Shown piece after piece: positions 35,745 through 43,822 of a DNA stretch of 43,822 nt. Made by a program: the position numbers and the translations under genes. The notes beneath the pieces were generated by a model. The model made no database searches, was not told where the DNA came from, and saw only the letters and a program-made list of their open reading frames with translations. Origin of the DNA: Ilumatobacteraceae bacterium (GTDB taxonomy: Bacteria; Actinomycetota; Acidimicrobiia; Acidimicrobiales; Ilumatobacteraceae); the NCBI GenBank assembly GCA_040878255.1, contig JBBDMO010000008.1, forward strand, positions 1-43,822, given 5' to 3'. Numbering within the stretch: the first letter of the stretch is position 1; every line of letters starts with the position of its first letter.

Positions 35745-36877
35745 GCCCCGCGTCGCTCGACGGTGTCCGCGTCGGGGTCAATCTGCTGTGGTGCGTGCCC
35801 GGTGCCGTCGGCGGATCCGAGCAGTACCTCGTCCGGCAGCTGGCCGGGGCGCGCGAGGCCGACCCGGCGCTCGACCTGGGCCTCTACGCGCTGCCCGAGT
35901 GGCACCGCCGTCATGCCGATCGCCTGCCGGGAGTCCGCATCACGGACGCACCGATCGATGGCCACCAGCGGTGGCGGCGCGTCATCACCGAGAGCACGTG
36001 GCTGCGGCGCGCTTCGGCCGGTGACGCGCTGATGCACCACGGTGGTGGCACGGCACCCCTGCGCACGGTGCGCCCCTTCGTGCTCACCATCCACGACCTG
36101 CAGTTCCGCACGTTCCCGCAGCACTTCAGCACGATCAAGCGTCGCTACCTCGAGGCGACCGTGCCGGGGTCGGCGCGTCGGGCCACCATCGTCACCGTGC
36201 CCACCGAGTACGTCCGGGGCACCGTCGTCGACCAGTTCGGCATCGACCCGTCGCGGGTCGTCGTCGTACCGCACGGCTACGAGCCCGAGCTCGTCATCGA
36301 ACGGAGCCCCGAGGCTGATCTGCGGCACCGCTACGCGCTGGGGGATGGACCGGTGGTGGTGTACCCGGCCATGACGGCTCCGCACAAGAACCACGCCTTC
36401 CTGATCGACCTGATGCGCACCACGTGGACCGACCCCGACCTCCGGCTCGTGCTCATCGGTGGCGGGGGAGTCGCGGCCGACGAGGTCGCCGCTCGCGTTG
36501 CGGTCGCCGAGGCCGAACGACCGGGTCGCATCGTCGTTGCCGGCCGTGTGAGCGACGCGGACAAGAACGGGCTGATCGCGATGGCAACAGCGCTGGTGTT
36601 CCCGAGCACGTACGAGGGGTTCGGCGCCCCGCTCATCGAAGCGATGGCGCTCGGCACCCCGGTGCTGTGCAGCGACGCAACCTGCTTGCCCGACGTCGCG
36701 GGCGACGCAGCGGTCGTCGCGCCGCTCGATCGTGACGCGTGGCGGGCGGGCCTCGACGAGGTCGTCCGTCGCCGCGCCGAGCTCGTCGCGGCCGGCGCTG
36801 AACGGGTCACCCACTTCACGTCCCGTCGATCGGGGGAAGCCCTGCTCGAGGCCTATTCGGTGGCGGTGTCACGATGA
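35741..36877 (+). CDS. glycosyltransferase family 4 (GT-B fold)
   Basis: 378 aa from ATG 35741, which overlaps the upstream stop as ATGA. Contains PSTYEGFGAPLIEAMALGTPV. Confidence 0.85.
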   Translation: MSPASLDGVRVGVNLLWCVPGAVGGSEQYLVRQLAGAREADPALDLGLYALPEWHRRHADRLPGVRITDAPIDGHQRWRRVITESTWLRRASAGDALMHHGGGTAPLRTVRPFVLTIHDLQFRTFPQHFSTIKRRYLEATVPGSARRATIVTVPTEYVRGTVVDQFGIDPSRVVVVPHGYEPELVIERSPEADLRHRYALGDGPVVVYPAMTAPHKNHAFLIDLMRTTWTDPDLRLVLIGGGGVAADEVAARVAVAEAERPGRIVVAGRVSDADKNGLIAMATALVFPSTYEGFGAPLIEAMALGTPVLCSDATCLPDVAGDAAVVAPLDRDAWRAGLDEVVRRRAELVAAGAERVTHFTSRRSGEALLEAYSVAVSR

Positions 36878-38136
36878 CCCGTCCGCTGCGCATCGCCGTG
36901 CTGTGCCCGCATTTCGCCCCGGACACGGCACCCACCGGCGACGTGATGACCCGCATCGTCACCGAGCTCGCTGCGCTCGGCCACGAGCTCCATGTCGTGA
37001 CAGCACTGCCCTGGTACCGAGAGCACCGGATCGAGCCGGGCTGGGGCGGCCGATGGGTGCGCCGCGAGCGCACTCCGTGGGGATCGATCACGCGCGTCAA
37101 CCCGTTCCCGGGCGACGACAAGCGGAACCTGGTGCGGCGCGCACTGGGTTTCGCCGGGTTCTCGGCGCTCACCGGTCTGGCATCGCTGCCCGGAGGTCGC
37201 GTCGATGCCGTCATCGCGATGTCCCCGCCGCTCACGATGGGCCTGACGGGCTGGGTGACCCACCTGGTGCGGCGCGGGCCGCTCGTGTTCAACATCCAAG
37301 ACGTGTTCCCCGACGCTGCGGTGCGTACGGGTGCCATCACCAACCGCCACGTCATCGCGGTTGCCAGGTGGCTCGAACGGGTCAGCTACCACCGCGCCGC
37401 CGCCATCACGGTGCTCAGCGACGACCTCCGCGACAACGTCGTGGCCAAGGTGAAGCCCGCTGCCGCCGGACGCGTCCATGTCATTCCGAACTTCGTGTTG
37501 ACCGATGCGATCGTGCCGTCGTCTCGCCACACCGCGCTGCGCGCCGAGCTCGGCATCGGCGACGAGACCGTCGTCATGTACGCGGGCAACGTCGGCTTCT
37601 CGCAGTCGCTCGACCTCGTACTCGCGGCAGCGCGCGAGCTACCGGCGGTCACCTTCCTCATCACCGGAGACGGGTCAGCGAAGGCATCGCTGGAGGCCGA
37701 CGCAGCGGGTCTGGCCAACGTCCGTTTCGCGCCGTATCAGCCGAAGGACCGCCTGCCCGAGCTGCTGGCCACCGGCGACCTGCACATCGTGCCGCTGCGG
37801 GCAGGCCTGGGCAACGTCAGCGTTCCGTCGAAGACCTATTCGATCCTGGCGGCCGGTCGACCCATCCTGGCCGCAATCGACATCGATACCGAGGTGCCCC
37901 GGATCCTCGCCGCGTCGGGCGCTGGCCGCGTCGTCGAACCGGACCGGCCGGACCTGTTCGTCGCTGCGCTGCGTCAGATGCTGGCCGATCCTGACGCACT
38001 CGCGATCGCCGGGGCGGCGGGGCGCACCTGGGTCGAGCAGGCGGCATCGCCTGCCGTCGTGGCTCGGTCGTACGCCGACCTCGTCGAGCTGCTGCAGCGC
38101 CACGGCAGCGATCGCGGCAGCCGCCGGGCGAGCTGA
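36874..38136 (+). CDS. glycosyltransferase family 4, WcaI/WbuB-like
   Basis: 420 aa, with its start overlapping the upstream stop as ATGA. The N-terminus (RIAVLCPHFAPDTAPTG) and FNIQDVFPDAAV ... VPSKTYSILAAGRPIL are typical of WcaI/WbuB-type enzymes. Confidence 0.85.
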   Translation: MTRPLRIAVLCPHFAPDTAPTGDVMTRIVTELAALGHELHVVTALPWYREHRIEPGWGGRWVRRERTPWGSITRVNPFPGDDKRNLVRRALGFAGFSALTGLASLPGGRVDAVIAMSPPLTMGLTGWVTHLVRRGPLVFNIQDVFPDAAVRTGAITNRHVIAVARWLERVSYHRAAAITVLSDDLRDNVVAKVKPAAAGRVHVIPNFVLTDAIVPSSRHTALRAELGIGDETVVMYAGNVGFSQSLDLVLAAARELPAVTFLITGDGSAKASLEADAAGLANVRFAPYQPKDRLPELLATGDLHIVPLRAGLGNVSVPSKTYSILAAGRPILAAIDIDTEVPRILAASGAGRVVEPDRPDLFVAALRQMLADPDALAIAGAAGRTWVEQAASPAVVARSYADLVELLQRHGSDRGSRRAS

Positions 38137-38160
38137 CACCTGATCGGGGGCGTTCGCAGG

Positions 38161-38166
38161 TAGCGT
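38161..38166 (+). promoter_or_regulatory. -10-like hexamer TAGCGT, 9 nt upstream of the GTG at 38176
   Basis: The sequence reads caggTAGCGTgtcgcactcGTG. There is no Shine-Dalgarno. Confidence 0.3.
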
Positions 38167-38175
38167 GTCGCACTC

Positions 38176-38997
38176 GTGGCCCCGTCCTCATCGTCCTCAT
38201 CGGCCAAGAAGGTCGCGAAGCTCGCCCAGCGTGGGAAGGGCAAGAAGGTTCGCTTCCAAGGCGGCACCCTCTTCCCGGCCATCGTCGTCGGTGTGCTCGT
38301 GACCGGCCTCCTCCTCATCGGCTACTCGCGCCAGAGCGTGCCCGACCCCGGTTCCTTCCCGCCCCAGCAGGGTGATCACTGGCATGCCGCCTACGGCATG
38401 TACGTGTGCGATGGCTGGCTGCCCAAGCTCACGGGCGCCAAGGAAGAGACCGTCACAGACGGACAGGGCCAGACCCAGTACGTCAGCGACGAGTTCGCCT
38501 CCACGGGCATCCACAGTCACGATGACGGTGTCATCCACTGGCACCCGAACAGCACCAAGGCGATCGGCAAGCGTGCCGTCATCGGCGTGTACCACGATGT
38601 TTACGGCATCGAGCTCGACACCGAGCGCCTGAAGCTTCCTGCCGACCAGGGCGGCGACGAGTACCGGGTCGGTGACTACCAGTGCAACGGCGAAGACGTC
38701 GAGATCAAGGTCGTCGCCTGGGACTCCTACACCGACACCGGCAAGGGCCAGACCTTCATCACCGACCTGAACAGCGTCCGCCTCAAGAACGACAGCATGG
38801 TGTTCGCCATCGCCGTGGTGCCGAAGGGCACCGACGTCTCGATGCCGCCGTGGGCAGCCGAGCTGCCCGCACTCGGTGCTGTCGACACCGCCGCCGGATC
38901 GACGCCCACCACCACCACCATCGCGCCCGACGGCACCGAGCCGGTCACCAGCGACACGGTCACCGGCGACACGGCACCTGCCACCACGGGTGGCTGA
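38176..38997 (+). CDS. membrane-anchored extracytoplasmic protein with His-rich motifs and Thr/Pro-rich tail, hypothetical
   Basis: 273 aa with a GTG start. It has a basic N-tail plus one TM helix, then DHWH, HSHDDGVIHWH, two Cys residues, and a C-terminal TPTTTTIAPDGTEPVTSDTVTGDTAPATTGG. Confidence 0.6.
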   Translation: MAPSSSSSSAKKVAKLAQRGKGKKVRFQGGTLFPAIVVGVLVTGLLLIGYSRQSVPDPGSFPPQQGDHWHAAYGMYVCDGWLPKLTGAKEETVTDGQGQTQYVSDEFASTGIHSHDDGVIHWHPNSTKAIGKRAVIGVYHDVYGIELDTERLKLPADQGGDEYRVGDYQCNGEDVEIKVVAWDSYTDTGKGQTFITDLNSVRLKNDSMVFAIAVVPKGTDVSMPPWAAELPALGAVDTAAGSTPTTTTIAPDGTEPVTSDTVTGDTAPATTGG

Positions 38998-40001
38998 TGC
39001 GGGCCATCGTGCTCGTCGGGGGCTTTGGCACCCGGTTGCGTCCCCTCACTCTCAGCGTCCCGAAGCCGATGCTGCCGGTGGGTCACGTGCCGATCATCGA
39101 GCGCCTCATCGCCAACCTCGCGGCGGGTGGCGTCACTGACGTCACCTTGGCGCTCGGCTTCAAGCCCGAGCCGTTCATCGCCGCGTTCCCCGACGGCACC
39201 TGCGCGGGCGTGAGCCTTACGTACGCGGTCGAACCCGAACCGCTCGACACCGCCGGGGCGATCCGGTTCGCTGCCGACGTGTCCGGCATCGATGAAACCT
39301 TCGTCGTGGCGAACGGCGACGTGCTCACCGACCTCGACATCGCAGCCCTCGTGGCGTTCCACCGCGAACATTCCGCTGAGGCCACGATCCACGTCATCGG
39401 TGTTCCCGACCCCTCGGCGTTCGGGGTGGTCGCCCTCGACGACCACGGGCGCGTCGAGCGTTTCGTCGAGAAGCCAGCACCGGGCACGCAACCGAGCAAC
39501 CTGATCAACGCCGGTACATACGTGCTCGAGCCATCGGTGCTGACGCGCATCGCGGCCGGTGAGCGTGTCTCGATCGAACGCGTCACCTTCCCGGCGATCG
39601 TCGCCGACGGCGGATTGTTCGCCCACGCCACCGACGACTACTGGATCGACACCGGCCGACCCGACCTGTACCTCGAGGCCAACCTCGATCTTGTCGACGG
39701 CCGCCGCCCAGGCCAGTCGTGCGAGGCCGTTGCGTTCGGCGCCGAGGTCGATCCGTCTGCCGAGGTGATCGGATCGGTCGTTGCCGCCGGCGCGATCGTC
39801 GCCTCTGGTGCTCGTGTCGAACGCTCCGTCGTGCTCGCCGGTGCTCGCGTCGGCGATGGTGCGACCGTGGTCGACAGCGTCGTCATGGGCCGGCTCCTGG
39901 CTGGCTCGACGGTGGTCCGGAGCGTCATCGGCGCCGACGCGGTCGTCGCTGCGGGCGAGAAGCTCACCGACCAGCGACGCCCCGACCCCAACACGCCATG
40001 A
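38997..40001 (+). CDS. hexose-1-phosphate nucleotidyltransferase (mannose-1-phosphate guanylyltransferase-like) with C-terminal hexapeptide repeats
   Basis: 334 aa. The ATG overlaps the upstream TGA (TGATG). It has the GGFGTRLRPLT signature and C-terminal left-handed beta-helix repeats. Confidence 0.8.
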   Translation: MRAIVLVGGFGTRLRPLTLSVPKPMLPVGHVPIIERLIANLAAGGVTDVTLALGFKPEPFIAAFPDGTCAGVSLTYAVEPEPLDTAGAIRFAADVSGIDETFVVANGDVLTDLDIAALVAFHREHSAEATIHVIGVPDPSAFGVVALDDHGRVERFVEKPAPGTQPSNLINAGTYVLEPSVLTRIAAGERVSIERVTFPAIVADGGLFAHATDDYWIDTGRPDLYLEANLDLVDGRRPGQSCEAVAFGAEVDPSAEVIGSVVAAGAIVASGARVERSVVLAGARVGDGATVVDSVVMGRLLAGSTVVRSVIGADAVVAAGEKLTDQRRPDPNTP

Positions 40002-40900
40002 GGGCGATGGTGGTCGGCGGAGCGGGCTTCATCGGTTCGCACCTGGTCGATCGCCTGCTTGCCGAGCAGCACGCCGTCGACGTGGTCGACGACCTCTCGA
40101 CGGGCACCCTGGCGAACCTCGCATCCGCCCGCACGAGCGGAGGCGAGGTCAAGATCCACCACCTCGACGCCTGCACCGACGACTTCCTGTCGCTGGTGGC
40201 GCTGCGCGAGCCCGAGGTCGTCTTCCACCTGGGCTGGCTCCCTCCCGGCCGGCCGCAGCCCGCGGTGCTGGCCCGCGGCCTCCACAGCACCCTGAACGTG
40301 CTCGAGGCCGCCCGGCTGCACGGTGTCGCCAAGGTGGTCACCACGCTGCCCGCCGTGGCGCTCTACGGCGACGTGCCGGTACGCGACCAACCGGTGAAGG
40401 AGGGCCACGCCCACGCACCTCAGGGGGCGGCAGGGGTGGTGGCCGAGGCGGTCGCTCAGTTGCTCGCGGCGTACCGAGCCGACCATGACGTCGAGTTCTC
40501 GGCGCTGGCGCTCGCAACCGTGTACGGACCCCGCCAGCGACCCGACGGCGGTGTGGTCGCCGCGTTCGCCGAGGCAGTCGTCACCGGGGTGCCGGCGACC
40601 ATCCACGGTGACGGTCGCCAGACCCGCGACTTCATCTTCATCGACGACGTCGTCGATGCCCTGGCGCGTGCTGCGCAGCGAGGCAGCGGCCTCGTCATCA
40701 ACATCGGCACCGGCACCCCGACGTCGATCCGCGAACTGTGGGCCGCTGTCGCAGGTCCGGATGCGGCCACGGCACAGATCGGCGATGTCGCGAAGGTGGG
40801 AGTGGCGCGCTGCTCGTTGGCCCCCACGCGTGCCCGCATCCACCTCTCGTGGGCCCCGTGGACCGACCTGCGAACCGGGCTCGCCCAGCTCGCGATCTGA
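39998..40900 (+). CDS. NAD-dependent epimerase/dehydratase family protein lacking the canonical YxxxK dyad
   Basis: 300 aa, with its start overlapping the upstream stop as ATGA. GGAGFIGSH and DFIFIDDVV are present. The segment that hand-aligns to SPYGxSK reads APQGAAG. Confidence 0.75.
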   Translation: MRAMVVGGAGFIGSHLVDRLLAEQHAVDVVDDLSTGTLANLASARTSGGEVKIHHLDACTDDFLSLVALREPEVVFHLGWLPPGRPQPAVLARGLHSTLNVLEAARLHGVAKVVTTLPAVALYGDVPVRDQPVKEGHAHAPQGAAGVVAEAVAQLLAAYRADHDVEFSALALATVYGPRQRPDGGVVAAFAEAVVTGVPATIHGDGRQTRDFIFIDDVVDALARAAQRGSGLVINIGTGTPTSIRELWAAVAGPDAATAQIGDVAKVGVARCSLAPTRARIHLSWAPWTDLRTGLAQLAI

Positions 40901-40938
40901 CGATCACGACAGGGAACGAACTGCATCGTCGCCGTGGG

Positions 40939-41895
40939 TCAGTGCTCGGCTGCGGCGAGCACGGCCGTGGCGAGTGCCGCCCCGATCTCGACGGTGCTCA
41001 TCACCGACGGCACGACGACGCAGCGCATGCCCTCGGCTTCGACGGCCGAGGCGAGCGCCGCATCGGCCGGGTCGATCACGAGCGTCGCGGCGATGTCCCG
41101 GTAGAGACGGGCGACCCCGACCACCGACGCCTCGTGGCCGAGCTCGACGAGCATCCGATCGGCAGGTCCCTTCAGCGCGGCGCCACCGACGATCGGTGAG
41201 ACCGCAACGACGCTGTCGCGCCGTGCCGTCAACAGGGCGTCGAAGCCCGGCAGTGCGCGCATCGGCCCGATCGACACCAGCGGGTTGGAGGGCGCGATCA
41301 CGACGGCGCGGGCGTCGCGGATGGCTGTCGCCGCATCGGCCTGCAGCGTCGCCGAGTCGGCACCGTCGAAGGTGACGCCACGGACCGGCACGCCGTGGCG
41401 GAGCTGCACGAAGTACTCCTGGAACGACACCGTGGGACCGTCGGCGAGATGCACCAGCGTCGACACCCGATCGTCCGACATCGGCACCAGACGTTCCGGT
41501 ACACCCCACGCCCGGGCGATCTCGGCCGTGACAGCAGTCAGCGTGGCGCCCTCGTCGAGCCGAGCGGTCCGGTAGAAGTGCGTCGCGAGATCTTGGTCGC
41601 CGAGGTTGAACCACGTCGGCGCTGCCGCCGAGCCCTCGGGCCGCACCGGCGCATAGCGGCCGAGCGCCTCCATGGCGCGCCACGACTCGTCGACGAGGCC
41701 CCACCCGCGCTCGGGGTCGATCGCCCCGGCGAGCGTGTAGGTGATCGTGTCGATGTCCGGCGAGATCGACAGCCCGTGCAGCACAGTGTCGTCGCCGGTG
41801 TTCACGACCCCGGTGACGGTGCCCGGTTCGACGACGGAACGGAGGGCGCGGAGGAAGCGAGCGGCGCCCACGCCGCCGCAGAGCACGGTGATCAT
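40939..41895 (-). CDS. cofD: 2-phospho-L-lactate transferase (F420 biosynthesis)
   Basis: 318 aa from ATG 41895, which overlaps the upstream stop as ATGA. Contains LCGGVGAARF, NTGDDTVLHGLSISPDIDTITYTL and ERGWG. Confidence 0.88.
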   Translation of the reverse strand: MITVLCGGVGAARFLRALRSVVEPGTVTGVVNTGDDTVLHGLSISPDIDTITYTLAGAIDPERGWGLVDESWRAMEALGRYAPVRPEGSAAAPTWFNLGDQDLATHFYRTARLDEGATLTAVTAEIARAWGVPERLVPMSDDRVSTLVHLADGPTVSFQEYFVQLRHGVPVRGVTFDGADSATLQADAATAIRDARAVVIAPSNPLVSIGPMRALPGFDALLTARRDSVVAVSPIVGGAALKGPADRMLVELGHEASVVGVARLYRDIAATLVIDPADAALASAVEAEGMRCVVVPSVMSTVEIGAALATAVLAAAEH

Positions 41896-43019
41896 CGAAT
41901 GTCCTTGTCGTCGGTGGCGGCGAGCGCACGGTAGAGGGCGGTCATGCCCGCCATCGATGCGGTCCACGTGAAGTGTGCGAGCTGATCGCGCCCCGCTGCC
42001 ACGAGCGTTGCACGGGCGGCGTCGTCGGTGAGCGCGCGCACGAGGTTGGCGGCGAGCGCGGCGACGTCGTCGGCAGGTGAGAGCAGTGCCGCGGCCCCGG
42101 CGACCTCGGGGATCGACCCGGCGTTGGACGCCACGATGGGCAGATCGACCTGCATCGCGTCGAGCAGCGGGAACCCGAACCCCTCGTCGAGCGACGGGTA
42201 CGCCAGCACGCGGGCATTGCCGAGGAGCCATGAACGCACGGCGTCATCGACGTACCCCGTCAGCAGCACGCGACTCCCGATCGCAGGCGGAAGTCGGTCG
42301 ATCGCCTCGTCGACCGCACCCCTGTCGTCACCGTCGCCCCCGGCGATCACGAGCCGGACCTCGGGCACCTCGACTGCCACATCGGCGAACGCCTCGACGA
42401 GACGCGGCAGGTTCTTGCGCCGTTCGAGGGTGGCGACGGCAAGGATGTACGGCCTGCCGTCGAGCTCGGCGATCGGGCACGTGGGCGTCGGCGCCGGCAG
42501 CGGCATGGCTCCGAGGTGCACCACCCGGACATCGGCATGCGGACTGTGCTCGAGCAGTGCGGCGGCGGTGGCGTGCGAGCTCGCATGGGCCACGGCGCCA
42601 CGATCGAGTGACCGCAGGAGCACCCGCCCGGCCCGCACGACGTCGGGGTGCGCCTGGCGCTCGTGGGCGAGGAACCAGCAGTCGTAGACCGACACCAGCC
42701 GAGGCGCGGTCGTGGGCGGCACCACGTAGTTCGTGCCGTGCACGACGTCGGCACCGCCGAGCCACCGATCGGCCCGCGGGCGGTCGATGTGCGCCCACAG
42801 TCGGTGGGCCGCCATTGCCGGCAGCGGGAGCCGGCGCACCTCGCCATCGCGGGGCGCCCGGAAGCTGGTGAGGTAGGGGAGCAGGCGGATCGACGGCTCG
42901 CGCTCGAGTTCGGCCCGGAGCGCTCCGACGGCGGCACCGATGCCGGTGCGACGACCGGCGAGCGGACCCACGTCGAACGCCACGTTGATGATCCGCTGGC
43001 CTTCGTCACCCTGCCGCAT
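41892..43019 (-). CDS. glycosyltransferase family 4 (GT-B fold)
   Basis: 375 aa. Contains VATLERRKN and PSLDEGFGFPLLDAMQVDLPIV (E-x7-E-like). Confidence 0.85.
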   Translation of the reverse strand: MRQGDEGQRIINVAFDVGPLAGRRTGIGAAVGALRAELEREPSIRLLPYLTSFRAPRDGEVRRLPLPAMAAHRLWAHIDRPRADRWLGGADVVHGTNYVVPPTTAPRLVSVYDCWFLAHERQAHPDVVRAGRVLLRSLDRGAVAHASSHATAAALLEHSPHADVRVVHLGAMPLPAPTPTCPIAELDGRPYILAVATLERRKNLPRLVEAFADVAVEVPEVRLVIAGGDGDDRGAVDEAIDRLPPAIGSRVLLTGYVDDAVRSWLLGNARVLAYPSLDEGFGFPLLDAMQVDLPIVASNAGSIPEVAGAAALLSPADDVAALAANLVRALTDDAARATLVAAGRDQLAHFTWTASMAGMTALYRALAATDDKDIR

Positions 43020-43028
43020 GGTTGCCGC

Positions 43029-43034
43029 ACGCTA
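43029..43034 (-). promoter_or_regulatory. -10-like hexamer TAGCGT, 9 nt upstream of the GT4 ATG at 43019
   Basis: The minus strand reads GGCTAGCGTgcggcaaccATG. Confidence 0.3.
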
Positions 43035-43035
43035 G

Positions 43036-43822
<787 letters not shown>

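Noticed and set aside
38997-40001. The nucleotidyltransferase near cofD as CofC (the F420 guanylyltransferase).
   Set aside because: It carries the sugar-1-phosphate nucleotidyltransferase signature GGFGTRLRPLT plus a C-terminal hexapeptide-repeat domain. It matches the ManB/ManC-type enzyme that sits near fbiA in mycobacteria. CofC is shorter and lacks the beta-helix domain.

Overview
This is a high-GC (roughly 70% by eye) actinobacterial-type chromosomal segment that is very densely coded. I call 47 protein-coding genes. I could not recognise any tRNA, rRNA, CRISPR array, transposase or integrase.

The left part (38-8998) holds nudC, membrane proteins, an S9 peptidase, a mycothiol-type DinB protein, an SDR / 88-aa / DUF2207 / AttH-like operon and an isolated 57-aa ORF. 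All of 9032-18429 is read on the minus strand. It carries lysS-dapD, then lipid genes (HSD17B4-like SDR, acyl-CoA dehydrogenase, alpha/beta hydrolase, PAP2 phosphatase, WS/DGAT), interleaved with a Cas4-like RecB nuclease and an RlmA-like methyltransferase.

The middle (18549-26197) carries an M15 peptidase, a single-Cys LpdA, an RDD protein, D-aminoacylase, and accA head-to-head with birA. The right half (26213-43822) is a cell-envelope glycopolymer locus: LCP ligase, rmlACBD, GNAT, methyltransferase, DUF455, four GT4 glycosyltransferases, a hexose-1-P nucleotidyltransferase, an epimerase-like protein, cofD and gmd. From memory its gene order parallels the mycobacterial fbiA-manB-rmlD-Lcp1...birA...accA3...lpdA region.

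A small lower-GC islet (about 31.5-33.0 kb) interrupts this locus. It carries a mazEF-like toxin-antitoxin pair and two small two-TM proteins.

I do not see convincing evidence of a wholly new multi-gene system. The best leads are:
- the lower-GC islet;
- an epimerase-like SDR that lacks the YxxxK catalytic dyad;
- a His-motif membrane-anchored protein coupled to the nucleotidyltransferase;
- GT4-cofD translational coupling;
- a nuclease-PAP2-methyltransferase chain joined by ATGA overlaps;
- lysS-dapD coupling;
- a recurrent TA(C/G)CGT hexamer 6-9 nt upstream of operon-first start codons, suggesting leaderless transcripts.

All functional calls come from motif and family recognition by eye. 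No searches were run.
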